Assembly (NCBI RefSeq): GCF_000018465.1
Contig: NC_010085.1
Coordinates: 690,001-722,000 of the forward strand
Source: Nitrosopumilus maritimus SCM1
GTDB taxonomy: Archaea; Thermoproteota; Nitrososphaeria; Nitrososphaerales; Nitrosopumilaceae
DNA: 32,000 bases
Direction of reading: 5' to 3'
Below the pieces are notes generated by a model. The model was given only the letters and a program-made list of their open reading frames with translations, made no database searches and had not been told where the DNA came from. Position numbers and translations under genes: made by a program. Positions 1 through 8,676 of the stretch are shown here, in pieces (positions within the stretch are counted from its first letter, which is position 1; each line of letters starts with the position of its first letter).

Positions 1-169
1 GAATGGTATTCAATGTATTCCAATCTAACCAATTAACAAAATTTTATGAAATGTTTTGAAAATATGTTTTTGTTTGTTGATCTATGAAAATTAAATTTTA
101 CAATATTTTTAGATCATTATTGTAATTTTTCATACTAAATGTTAAATACTAAAATTTCCTATAAGAATT

Positions 170-302
170 GATGTCGTTAGTTACAAAATCTAACGAATAA
201 ACTGCGTAGCCCCGCAGAACGATAAAGGCACTCAAACATTGTGATGTTTGACCACGAGAGGGAATCTCTCATAGTTCTGCAATTAGGGGGTTGCGCCTTT
301 TT
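170..302 (+). ncRNA. candidate structured non-coding RNA (multi-stem, ends in T5 tract)
   Basis: Nested pairings read directly: TCGTTAG(174-180)/CTAACGA(190-196); GCGTAGCCCC(204-213)/GGGGTTGCGC(287-296, with two G-U pairs); GCAGAAC(214-220)/GTTCTGC(274-280); CAAACAT(233-239)/ATGTTTG(244-250); GAGAG(256-260)/CTCTC(266-270); then TTTTT at 298-302. No ORF covers it. Strand is inferred from the T-tract. Confidence 0.5.
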
Positions 303-337
303 AATTTCTCAAAAATCTTGGTTACTCGAAAATTTTT

Positions 338-1429
338 CTATGTAACTATCTCATCTAGTCTGTCTTCTTCTTGAGCTCGTTTGATTTCCATGGCAATTCT
401 TCTGCCAACTCCGAATGTTTGTCCGTATTGGTATTTTGTATATGGACTAGTTGTTGCAACAATTGGATTTCCTGGAACACGTAATGATACATCATATACG
501 ATTAATTCCAAATCTTTTGTGATTACACTTTGAAGTGAGAATGGACCAATAATTCCTGGAGCGTATTCTCTTTTTACTGCATTGACAAACTTGTCTCCCA
601 TTTTGAGTACTTTTTCTAGTAATGACTCTCTAATACTTGCAGGTGTATGGCCTACCTCAATATTTTGCAAATCTACATCAATGTCAAGTTGTTGTTTTGC
701 AGGTAATGCATTAAAGTCCATGAGGTTTGTTTGAAGCCTTCTCTCAATTCCAATAAAGTCAACTTGGTCTGAAATTGGAGTGTGGAAGAAATTAAAATTC
801 ATGTATGTTCCAATTGCCAATTCTTCAATACTTGCTTTTTCTAGATCTTTTCTTGCAATTACTCCTTGTTTGATTTTCTCTTCAGATGTCTTAACATAAT
901 CTTTGTAAGATGATACTGTGAAAAATGCTCTTTCTAATGGTCTGTTTTTTTCTTGTACTTTGACGATACATGGTTTGTTGATTCTTTTAGGGTCTTTGAA
1001 TAATTTTGGATACTTTATTCTGGCTTTTTCTAAAAGATAGTATTGTCCTTTCTTTGCAGTTCTTTCTTCAGCTTGGAACAACTTTCTATTTCCAAAAATT
1101 GGTACTTTGAAGGAATTTTCAATTGTCTTGTAACCTAGATAGACTGTAAGGGAGCGATGTGGAACAATAATTGTATTTGATTCTCTTAATTCTTTTTGAA
1201 TTTTGGCTGAAGCCATATCCTTGAATTTGTTTAATACTGTAATCTCGTCAGCAATTCTGTTGAATCTCTGGTATGGTCCTTCTCTACCTTTTTGACAAAA
1301 TACTCTGGTCTGAAAATCCTCATCTTTTGCACCATCCATAATCTCAAGTGCAGAGTGGCTCCCAAGAACGCCTATTCTCACATCTGAGTACTCGTTAACA
1401 ATTTTCTTGATCTCAGAACTCTTAATCAC
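338..1429 (-). CDS. purP: 5-formaminoimidazole-4-carboxamide ribonucleotide synthetase (FAICAR synthetase)
   Basis: 363-aa ORF with PurP-like N-terminus (VRIGVLGSHSALEIMDGAKDEGF-type motif), ATP-grasp-like C-terminus and conserved RIAMEIKRA end; purine genes lie nearby. Confidence 0.9.
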   Translation of the reverse strand: MIKSSEIKKIVNEYSDVRIGVLGSHSALEIMDGAKDEDFQTRVFCQKGREGPYQRFNRIADEITVLNKFKDMASAKIQKELRESNTIIVPHRSLTVYLGYKTIENSFKVPIFGNRKLFQAEERTAKKGQYYLLEKARIKYPKLFKDPKRINKPCIVKVQEKNRPLERAFFTVSSYKDYVKTSEEKIKQGVIARKDLEKASIEELAIGTYMNFNFFHTPISDQVDFIGIERRLQTNLMDFNALPAKQQLDIDVDLQNIEVGHTPASIRESLLEKVLKMGDKFVNAVKREYAPGIIGPFSLQSVITKDLELIVYDVSLRVPGNPIVATTSPYTKYQYGQTFGVGRRIAMEIKRAQEEDRLDEIVT

Positions 1430-1550
1430 ATGATTCCTTGAAATTAGGATCTAATATAGCTAATTTCCATTTTTCAGGATCGCATAGAATCACAAGATTT
1501 TTCTGAATTGTCATTAGAAAATAACTGTGCTGTATCATTTTGAATTGCAA

Positions 1551-1670
1551 ATGGCAGGTGTAATACTACTAACTGCTATGGCTATTGGAGGAATCAGTCT
1601 TTGGTTTAAACGACGAAGAGAGAGAAAAGAGTTTGAGGAATCTTTCAAAAATGATGAGCCTTCTATCTAG
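1551..1670 (+). CDS. small single-TM protein (39 aa)
   Basis: Hand-translated ORF MAGVILLTAMAIGGISLWFKRRRERKEFEESFKNDEPSI*: hydrophobic segment, then a basic stop-transfer, then an acidic tail. Not in the ORF track. Confidence 0.4.
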   Translation: MAGVILLTAMAIGGISLWFKRRRERKEFEESFKNDEPSI

Positions 1671-1727
1671 TGCTAAGAACGTCATTTCATCTAATACATA
1701 AAATACTCTGTATTGTAATGTTCTTTA

Positions 1728-2285
1728 TTGAAACTAATCATTGGAATTACTGGTAGCACTGGAGTAATCTATGGAATCCGAATGCTTGAGACTCTGAAAA
1801 AACTAAACATCGATACTCATTTGATAATGTCAGAGTGGGGAGCAAAATGTATTCCAATGGAAACTGAATTTACGGTTGATTATGTAAAATCTCTTGCAAC
1901 CGAAGTCTCTGATGAAAAAAACATGGCTGCTAGTATTTCGAGTGGTACACATAGAATTGATGGGATGATTGTTGCGCCCTGTAGTATGAAGACATTAGCT
2001 GCAATTGCTAACGGATATGATGATACTCTTGTAGCTCGTGCAGCAGGAGTTACAATCAAAGAGTCTAGAAAATTAATTTTGATGGTAAGGGAAACTCCCT
2101 TGTCTGCAATTCATCTAGAAAACATGCTAAAACTTTCAAGATTAGGTATTGTCATTTTACCTCCTGTAACTGAATTTTACACTAAACCAAAATCTATTGA
2201 TGATATTGTAAATCATGGTGTTGGAAAATGTCTAGACCAATTTGATATTGAACACAATTTATACCCTAGATGGGGTTCATCCTAA
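1728..2285 (+). CDS. ubiX: UbiX/Pad1-family flavin prenyltransferase
   Basis: [54 protein letters not shown]-like and [13 protein letters not shown] motifs. TTG start. Confidence 0.92.
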   Translation: [185 protein letters not shown]

Positions 2286-2292
2286 ATCATAA

Positions 2293-2721
2293 TTGCCACA
2301 ATTCTCTTTTGAAAAAACCAGTACTGCTAGTAGAGATGCTGTCTATAGAGTTTTTTCAGATTATGAGAACTATCAAAGAACATCTCCAGAGTTTTTTCCA
2401 TCAATTCGAATTCGTTCTGTTAGAAATAACGTTGCAGTAGTTGAAGAGCATATGAATTTGGGAGATGAAGAGTTTGTAATCATGGCAAAACACGTTACTG
2501 ATGAGCCAGTACTACATGATGTTTATGTCATTGGGGGTGATGCAAAGGGCTCTCACATTCAAGAACAATTCATTGAAACTCCTGAAGGGACAAAAATACT
2601 AGTTGATGTTGATTTGAAATTAAAGGGAAAGATGAAACTTGGTGGAATGTTTTCAAAAAATCGATATCAAGAAAATTATGAAGAGATTTTAGATAATTTT
2701 ATCAAAATTGCTGAAAATTAA
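2293..2721 (+). CDS. START/SRPBCC-like (polyketide cyclase/coenzyme Q-binding type) protein
   Basis: 142 aa with a pattern typical of the SRPBCC fold (STASRDAVYRVFSDYENYQRTSPEFFPSIRI). TTG start; 3' end overlaps tatA by a few nt. Confidence 0.6.
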   Translation: MPQFSFEKTSTASRDAVYRVFSDYENYQRTSPEFFPSIRIRSVRNNVAVVEEHMNLGDEEFVIMAKHVTDEPVLHDVYVIGGDAKGSHIQEQFIETPEGTKILVDVDLKLKGKMKLGGMFSKNRYQENYEEILDNFIKIAEN

Positions 2722-2924
2722 TCAGATTTTGCTTCTTTGTCTTTGAAATCTTTAAGCTCTTTTTCACCTTCAATCTTGCCTTTCTCAAATTCTCCTTTGG
2801 CTTTACCGAAGGTTTTTGCTAGTTCTGGAATTTTCTTTGCACCAAAAATTAACACTACTGCAATAACGATAATGAATATCCATTCTTGGCCAGCAATGAA
2901 ATTGGCTAGATTCATTCCAAACAT
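2718..2924 (-). CDS. tatA: Sec-independent protein translocase TatA/E-like
   Basis: Short TM followed by the FGAKKIPELAKTFGKAKGEFEKG amphipathic helix; adjacent to tatC. Confidence 0.92.
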   Translation of the reverse strand: MFGMNLANFIAGQEWIFIIVIAVVLIFGAKKIPELAKTFGKAKGEFEKGKIEGEKELKDFKDKEAKSD

Positions 2925-2952
2925 TTCTGTGTCTCTTTAACCAAATTCGGAT

Positions 2953-3744
2953 TTAAGTGTTCAACTTTTTGCGTTCTTTACGCTCAATGAGCATCATGCC
3001 TGTAACATACAATGCAATCATAGGTCCTGCAATAAACCACATAGTTACACCACTGCCATCAGGAGTAATAATTGCGCCAAAGATCACAATTATGACAATT
3101 GCATATCTGATGTTTTTTCGCCAAAAATCTGCATCAACCATGCCTGATGCAGATATTGCATACATTACAAGAGGAAGTTGAAATGAAAATCCAAATGCTA
3201 ACAAAAATTGTAATACGAATGTGACAAATTCTATCACATTAAGAAATGTGACCAGCCCTGCAGATTCACCATATCTGTACAAAAATTCTAAGATGTATGG
3301 GATTACTAGATTGTAAGAGAATGCACACCCTGTAATGAACAACCCTAGTGCTGGAATTGTAATACTACGACTAACATTGATTTCATTTTCTTTGAGAGCT
3401 GGTTTGATGAATCCAACTAATTCTTTGATGATTACTGGCATCCCAACTACAATTCCAACTAGTGCTGCAATGTAAACTTGAGCAAAGAATGCTTGACCTG
3501 GAGCTGTTTGAATTAACTGAACATCTTCTGGTACCAAATTCACTTTCATGTGATTTGTGATTTGAGCTGCAATGTTGTTTAGTGGTTCAGGTGTTGGATA
3601 GTACAGTGTGGTTTGGCCCACTTGAATTGGTTCAGCATGGAATGTTAGAATGAATGCTGTGATTACTCCAATCACTAAGACAATTCTTAGTAATCTCTTT
3701 CTTAATTCCTCAAAATGCTGATTGATGCCATCCAACTCTGACAT
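2953..3744 (-). CDS. tatC: Sec-independent protein translocase TatC
   Basis: 263-aa multi-TM protein with N-terminal HFEELRKRLLRI and TatC-type MPVIIKELVGFIKPAL and SFGFSFQLPLVMYA motifs. Confidence 0.95.
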   Translation of the reverse strand: MSELDGINQHFEELRKRLLRIVLVIGVITAFILTFHAEPIQVGQTTLYYPTPEPLNNIAAQITNHMKVNLVPEDVQLIQTAPGQAFFAQVYIAALVGIVVGMPVIIKELVGFIKPALKENEINVSRSITIPALGLFITGCAFSYNLVIPYILEFLYRYGESAGLVTFLNVIEFVTFVLQFLLAFGFSFQLPLVMYAISASGMVDADFWRKNIRYAIVIIVIFGAIITPDGSGVTMWFIAGPMIALYVTGMMLIERKERKKLNT

Positions 3745-3771
3745 TTGATCACTTCATGCTTTAAGCTATAT

Positions 3772-4236
3772 CTATTTGCCGGGAATTGGCAATAGTTTTG
3801 CTTCAGGCAATCCATCTTCTTTTAGTTGTTCTATGGTAATATTGTCAAATTCTAAGGAAATTATGGCCTTTGTGTTGAATTTGGATTCCATCTCTTTTGC
3901 CAAATTTGCAATGTCCTTACTTGAGTAGATTTCTTGTGAATCCTTTAAGAAAATCCTTTCTCCTTTTTCCATCTCTTTTCCACCAAATTTACCTTGAAGG
4001 AAACTGGTTATCTCAGGTAGTTCTTTTCTGTCTATGTTGTTATGAAAATAGCAAATTCCTTTTACTGATTCGTAATCATATGCTGTGCCATTTCGATACA
4101 TGAAAACTCCGATAAAATGTGCTTCATCTTCTGGTTCTCTTACGCATTTTATCTCCCAATTTAGCAAGTTCTCTTCTTTGTAATTGAATCCCTCCATCTC
4201 TTCAGATGTGATCTTCCAATATCTTGATCTTGCCAT
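3772..4236 (-). CDS. conserved hypothetical protein (154 aa)
   Basis: Complete ORF with normal composition, starting MARSRYWKITSEEMEGFNYKEENL. No family recognised. Confidence 0.6.
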   Translation of the reverse strand: MARSRYWKITSEEMEGFNYKEENLLNWEIKCVREPEDEAHFIGVFMYRNGTAYDYESVKGICYFHNNIDRKELPEITSFLQGKFGGKEMEKGERIFLKDSQEIYSSKDIANLAKEMESKFNTKAIISLEFDNITIEQLKEDGLPEAKLLPIPGK

Positions 4237-4350
4237 GTTGATTTATCAAAATTCATCTGATATAAATTCCAATATTGCCTAACCGTGGCTAATTTCTAAT
4301 TGCGGCAATTCATCACCCTTCTTTTATACGTAAAACAAGCATAACATGCG

Positions 4351-4506
4351 TTGGGAGACCGAATCACTGTTGTACTGAAAACTGAGTATACTGAAAAACT
4401 TCGTAATATTCAAGCTAAGATGATTAGAACCTCATCAAAATCAGTCAGCTTCTCACATGTTTTGAATTTGGTTCTAAGTGAAGGATTAAAAAAATACAAA
4501 GCATAA
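4351..4506 (+). CDS. small ribbon-helix-helix-like protein (51 aa)
   Basis: Hand-translated from a TTG start: LGDRITVVLKTEYTEKLRNIQAKMIRTSSKSVSFSHVLNLVLSEGLKKYKA*. A beta strand followed by two helices resembles an RHH. TTTATA box at about 4323, about 25 nt upstream, fits a leaderless transcript. Not in the ORF track. Confidence 0.6.
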   Translation: MGDRITVVLKTEYTEKLRNIQAKMIRTSSKSVSFSHVLNLVLSEGLKKYKA

Positions 4507-4553
4507 TTACAACAATGCAATTGTTCATTTACTATCTCTAATCTCAATTAAAC

Positions 4554-4940
4554 ATGACAAAACAAGAAAACCCTCTTTATCCAATAGATATTGATGATTA
4601 TCCAAAACTCTTTGATTATGTTTTAACTGCTGATGGGTTGATTCACTTTCAGTCTTTGAAAAGAAATTATGTTTTAGGAAAAACCTTGACTCAGGATGAA
4701 TACAATAAACTTCGCTTATTGTATGTCTATTATGCTACTGCAAATCGAAATACATCTGAAGTATTTGCGTGGCAAGATCTTTGTGTGACTCTTGACAATC
4801 AAGGAATTATTGAAAAGGAGATGTATCAATCAAAAGAAGATTTGAAAAAACAACAACTCATAACTGAAAATCCATACTATGTCTCAGGTTTATATCGAAA
4901 ATACACTGAATTTGTAAAAAACAATATGAATTCAAAGTAA
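4554..4940 (+). CDS. conserved hypothetical protein (128 aa)
   Basis: Complete ORF following the RHH-like gene. No family recognised. Confidence 0.6.
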   Translation: MTKQENPLYPIDIDDYPKLFDYVLTADGLIHFQSLKRNYVLGKTLTQDEYNKLRLLYVYYATANRNTSEVFAWQDLCVTLDNQGIIEKEMYQSKEDLKKQQLITENPYYVSGLYRKYTEFVKNNMNSK

Positions 4941-4999
4941 CCGATTCTGGGCCGGGTAATATCTGCACAACACAAGTCCTCAGAATCGGAAACTTTACT
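4936..4999. repeat. inverted repeat / potential stem-loop
   Basis: AGTAACCGATTCTG (4936-4949) pairs with CAGAATCGG (4981-4989) plus TTACT (4995-4999), leaving a 5-nt bulge. Confidence 0.5.
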
Positions 5000-5076
5000 G
5001 CTTATTTCAAAATAAGTATAAAAGCACAAAATTATTCGGAAGATAGATTAACCTCGATTCAATTCTGCAAATTATT

Positions 5077-5337
5077 ATGGCAACATACAATGTCCATGTA
5101 ACTATTGAAAACAAGCCTGGAATTAGTGATCCTGAAGGCGACACCATTCTTAATGATTTAGTCCTAAAAGGAACTCACAAAACTGTGTCCAAAATTAAAA
5201 CAGCTAAAATGTTAAAATTCACAATCAAAGAAAAAGACAAAAAAACTGCTCAATCCAAAGTTCAAGAAATCTGTGATGATTTACGTATCTACAATCCTAT
5301 GGTAAGCAAAGTCACGATTGATGTTTTTGACGCCTAG
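5077..5337 (+). CDS. purS: phosphoribosylformylglycinamidine synthase, PurS subunit
   Basis: 86 aa; VHVTIENKPGISDPEGDTILNDLVLKG; located upstream of purQ and purL. Confidence 0.92.
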   Translation: MATYNVHVTIENKPGISDPEGDTILNDLVLKGTHKTVSKIKTAKMLKFTIKEKDKKTAQSKVQEICDDLRIYNPMVSKVTIDVFDA

Positions 5338-5756
5338 GATTTTTCAGAATCTATGTTATCTAACATTCCATTAATCAAGAGTTTACTGCGTAAAAACTCT
5401 GCCAAATTTGTTTGAGTGATGACTCCTACTAGTTTTTCATCTTCAAGAATGATTAGTCTGCGAATATTGTTATTTAACATCTTTTGAACAGCGTCTTCAA
5501 TTGGTGTGTCTGGACTGACCCATCGAAATTTCTTTGACATGATATCTTCAATTAAAACTGATGATGCTTTTTGATCTTCAGCTGTTACTTTTTGAACAAT
5601 GTCTCTTTCTGAAATAACTCCTATTGGCTTTTCATCTTTAATTATTACCAAAAAACTGATCTCTTTTTCTTTTAGAATACTTGCTGCATCATGTGCTGTT
5701 TTATCATATTCAATAGTTATGACATTTTTTTGCATGATGTCTCGTACATGAGCCAT
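5334..5756 (-). CDS. CBS-domain pair protein
   Basis: Two CBS motifs (VRDIMQKNVITIEYDKTAHDAASILKEK...GVISERDIV; IEDIMSKKFRWVSPDTPIEDAVQKMLNNNIRRLII...LVGVITQTNLAEFL). Confidence 0.93.
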   Translation of the reverse strand: MAHVRDIMQKNVITIEYDKTAHDAASILKEKEISFLVIIKDEKPIGVISERDIVQKVTAEDQKASSVLIEDIMSKKFRWVSPDTPIEDAVQKMLNNNIRRLIILEDEKLVGVITQTNLAEFLRSKLLINGMLDNIDSEKS

Positions 5757-5827
5757 GCGATCACGATTGTATTTCCGCTAATAATTTTTTCTGACTAGAC
5801 TCAAATTAAATATCGCGAGATCTAATT

Positions 5828-6514
5828 ATGAATGTGAAAGTTGGAGTTGTAGTTTTTCCTGGCAGTAATTGTGATCGTGATATGTATCATGTTTTAACTG
5901 ATGTCTTTAATCTAGATGCACAGTACTATTGGCATGAAAAATCTCTCCCAAAAAATATTGATGCCGTAATTCTTCCAGGTGGGTTTTCGTATGGTGATAG
6001 ACTTCGTGCAGGAGTGATTGCTGCTCATAGCCCTATCATTAAAGATGTTCAAAAAATGGCAAAAAAAGGAATTCCTGTTTTAGGAGTGTGTAATGGATTT
6101 CAAATTCTAGTTGAATCTGGTCTCTTACCTGGTGTTTTACTCAAAAATGAATCTTTGAACTTTATGTGCGAATGGACAAATCTGGTTGTTGAAAACAACA
6201 AGACTCCATTTACAAACCAATTCAAACTACAACAAAAAATTCCAATTCCCATAGCAAATGGTGAAGGAAGGTATTATGTTGATGATAATACTTTGAAAGA
6301 ATTAAAGAAGAAAAATCAAATCGTGTTTAGGTATGATGAAGTGGTAAATGGTTCTTCAAACAGAATAGCAGGCGTTTGTAATGAGGATGGAAATGTTGTT
6401 GGTATGATGCCTCATCCTGAGCGAGCTGTTGAATCAGAAATTAATCCAATTGATAACAAACCATCTTCTCTAATCTTTGAATCTCTATTATCTAAAATGG
6501 GTGTTAGTAATTGA
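5828..6514 (+). CDS. purQ: phosphoribosylformylglycinamidine synthase, PurQ (glutaminase) subunit
   Basis: VVVFPGSNCDRD, ILPGGFSYGDRLRAG, VLGVCNGFQIL (catalytic Cys), MMPHPERA. Confidence 0.97.
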   Translation: MNVKVGVVVFPGSNCDRDMYHVLTDVFNLDAQYYWHEKSLPKNIDAVILPGGFSYGDRLRAGVIAAHSPIIKDVQKMAKKGIPVLGVCNGFQILVESGLLPGVLLKNESLNFMCEWTNLVVENNKTPFTNQFKLQQKIPIPIANGEGRYYVDDNTLKELKKKNQIVFRYDEVVNGSSNRIAGVCNEDGNVVGMMPHPERAVESEINPIDNKPSSLIFESLLSKMGVSN

Positions 6515-8676
6515 GTTTAGAGCCCCAAGAACTAACCGAACTAAAATCCAAAATTGGAAGAGAACCTACTTCTACTGAATTACAAATTATTGCCGCAGAA
6601 TGGTCTGAACACTGTTCATACAAATCATCAAAACGACATCTCAAAATGCTTCCAATGAAAGGACCTCTTGTTATCACTGAGAAAGGATATGATTCTGGTG
6701 TTTTGGATGTTGGTGATGGATATGTCGTTACTGCTCATATTGAAAGCCATAACCATCCTTCTGCAGTAGAACCCTATGGTGGAGCTGCAACAGGAGTCGG
6801 TGGTGTGATTCGTGATATCTTGTCTGCAGGAACACGTCCTATTGCAATATTTGATGGATTGCGATTTGGAGATATTGAAAAAGACCAACAAGCAAGATGG
6901 TTGTTCAAAAATGCTGTTACTGGAATTGCTGATTATGGAAACTGTTTAGGAATTCCAACAATTGGTGGTGAGGTTGAATTTGACAAGTGCTATGAAAACT
7001 ATGCACTAGTAGATGTTGCTGCTGTTGGTTTTGGCAAAAAAGAGAATTTGATCAAAAACCATGCCAAAAAAGGTGACATTGTTGTATTGATGGGTGGTTC
7101 TACAGGAAGAGATGGAATTGGAGGTTCACAATTTGCATCTGATTCACTAGAATCTGAAGATCGTTCTGCTGTTCAAATTCCTGACCCCTTCATTGAGAAA
7201 TTAATTATTGAAGCAATTTTGGAGGCAAGAAATGACAAACTCATTCATGCAATGAAAGACTTGGGTGGAGGTGGATTGTCCTGTGCTATCTCTGAAACTG
7301 CTGATGCATTAGAGATAGGAATTGAAATGGATGTAGACAAAGTACACACCCGTGAATCTGGCATGCATCCTGATGAGATTATGGTTTCAGAATCTCAAGA
7401 AAGAATGTTAATTGTAACTAGTAAAACTAAATTCAAAAAACTACAAGCAATCTGTAAAAAATTTAGAATTGGTTGTTCTGTTATTGGTACCGTAAAGTCT
7501 GATAACCAAATGCATGTCAAAAAAGGCAAAAAGACTTTTGCGAATCTTCCTACTGATGTAGTTGCAAATGCAACATTGCTTGATTTACCCTCAAAAGAAC
7601 CTACATATCTCAAAACTATTGAAAAAGAAAAGAAACTCAAACCAATTTCAGATTATTCTAAAACTATGATGAAACTGCTTTCATCCCCAAACATTGCAAG
7701 TAAAATTTGGGTGTATGGACAATATGATCATGAAGTTGGAATTAGAACCGTAGTAAAACCTGGCAGAGATGCATCTGTGTTAAGATTAGATAATGGAAAA
7801 TTCCTTTCAGTGAAAATAGATGGTAATCCAAAACAATGTTACATTAATCCTAGAGAAGGTGCAATTGGATGCTTTGAAGAAGCATGCAGAAATGTTGTAT
7901 GCACTGGTGCAAAACCAATTGGAATGTTAGACCATCTTCAATTTGGCAGTCCGAAAGACCCTGAAATATTTTGGACATTTTTAGAATCCCTAAAAGGATT
8001 AACTGACTTTGCAAAAGACTTCAAAATCCCTTGTGTTGGAGGTAAAGTGAGCCTATACAATGAAACTCCTGATGGCCCTATCAAACCTACTCCTCTAATC
8101 GGTGTCTTGGGATTAATTGATAAAACTCCTCAAATCCCTCAAAGAATCAGTAAAGATGATTGTTTGATAATTGTTGGAGAAACTAAAGATGAACTTGGGG
8201 GTTCAGAATACTTTGAATACATCCATAAATTTATTGGAGGAAAATGTCCTGCAGTTGATTTTACTGAGTCAAAGAAAAACATGAAATCTGTTTTAGAAAT
8301 AATTCCAAAGAAACTCTTGAAATCTGTACATGATTGCTCTAAAGGTGGATTGGCAGTTGCAGTATCTGAATTATCTATGAATAATCAGATTGGCTGTAAA
8401 GTGGATTTAGATAAAGTTCCTGCCAAAAAACTAGATGTTGATAGAATTTTGTTTTCAGAAAGCCATTCTCGTTATCTTTTAACATTTGATAAGAAAAACC
8501 TCTCAAAAGTTGAAAAAATTCTCAAAAAGAACAAGACGTCTTACAACATTATAGGTCAATTTGGTGGCGAAAAAATCCAATTCACAAAGGGCAAAAAATC
8601 GATCATTGATCTAAGAGTTGATAAAGCGCAAAAAACTTGGTTAAATTCGTTAAAGGACTTGGTGCTACATGGATAA
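6511..8676 (+). CDS. purL: phosphoribosylformylglycinamidine synthase, PurL subunit
   Basis: 721 aa; EWSEHCSYKSSK, ESHNHPSAVEPYGGAATGVGGVIRD, DLGGGGLSCAISE. TTG start overlaps the purQ stop. Confidence 0.97.
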   Translation: MSLEPQELTELKSKIGREPTSTELQIIAAEWSEHCSYKSSKRHLKMLPMKGPLVITEKGYDSGVLDVGDGYVVTAHIESHNHPSAVEPYGGAATGVGGVIRDILSAGTRPIAIFDGLRFGDIEKDQQARWLFKNAVTGIADYGNCLGIPTIGGEVEFDKCYENYALVDVAAVGFGKKENLIKNHAKKGDIVVLMGGSTGRDGIGGSQFASDSLESEDRSAVQIPDPFIEKLIIEAILEARNDKLIHAMKDLGGGGLSCAISETADALEIGIEMDVDKVHTRESGMHPDEIMVSESQERMLIVTSKTKFKKLQAICKKFRIGCSVIGTVKSDNQMHVKKGKKTFANLPTDVVANATLLDLPSKEPTYLKTIEKEKKLKPISDYSKTMMKLLSSPNIASKIWVYGQYDHEVGIRTVVKPGRDASVLRLDNGKFLSVKIDGNPKQCYINPREGAIGCFEEACRNVVCTGAKPIGMLDHLQFGSPKDPEIFWTFLESLKGLTDFAKDFKIPCVGGKVSLYNETPDGPIKPTPLIGVLGLIDKTPQIPQRISKDDCLIIVGETKDELGGSEYFEYIHKFIGGKCPAVDFTESKKNMKSVLEIIPKKLLKSVHDCSKGGLAVAVSELSMNNQIGCKVDLDKVPAKKLDVDRILFSESHSRYLLTFDKKNLSKVEKILKKNKTSYNIIGQFGGEKIQFTKGKKSIIDLRVDKAQKTWLNSLKDLVLHG

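Noticed and set aside
6628-6891. Short minus-strand ORFs inside purL (also 7395..7640).
   Set aside because: Antisense shadow ORFs under strongly supported PurL coding sequence, with no domain features.
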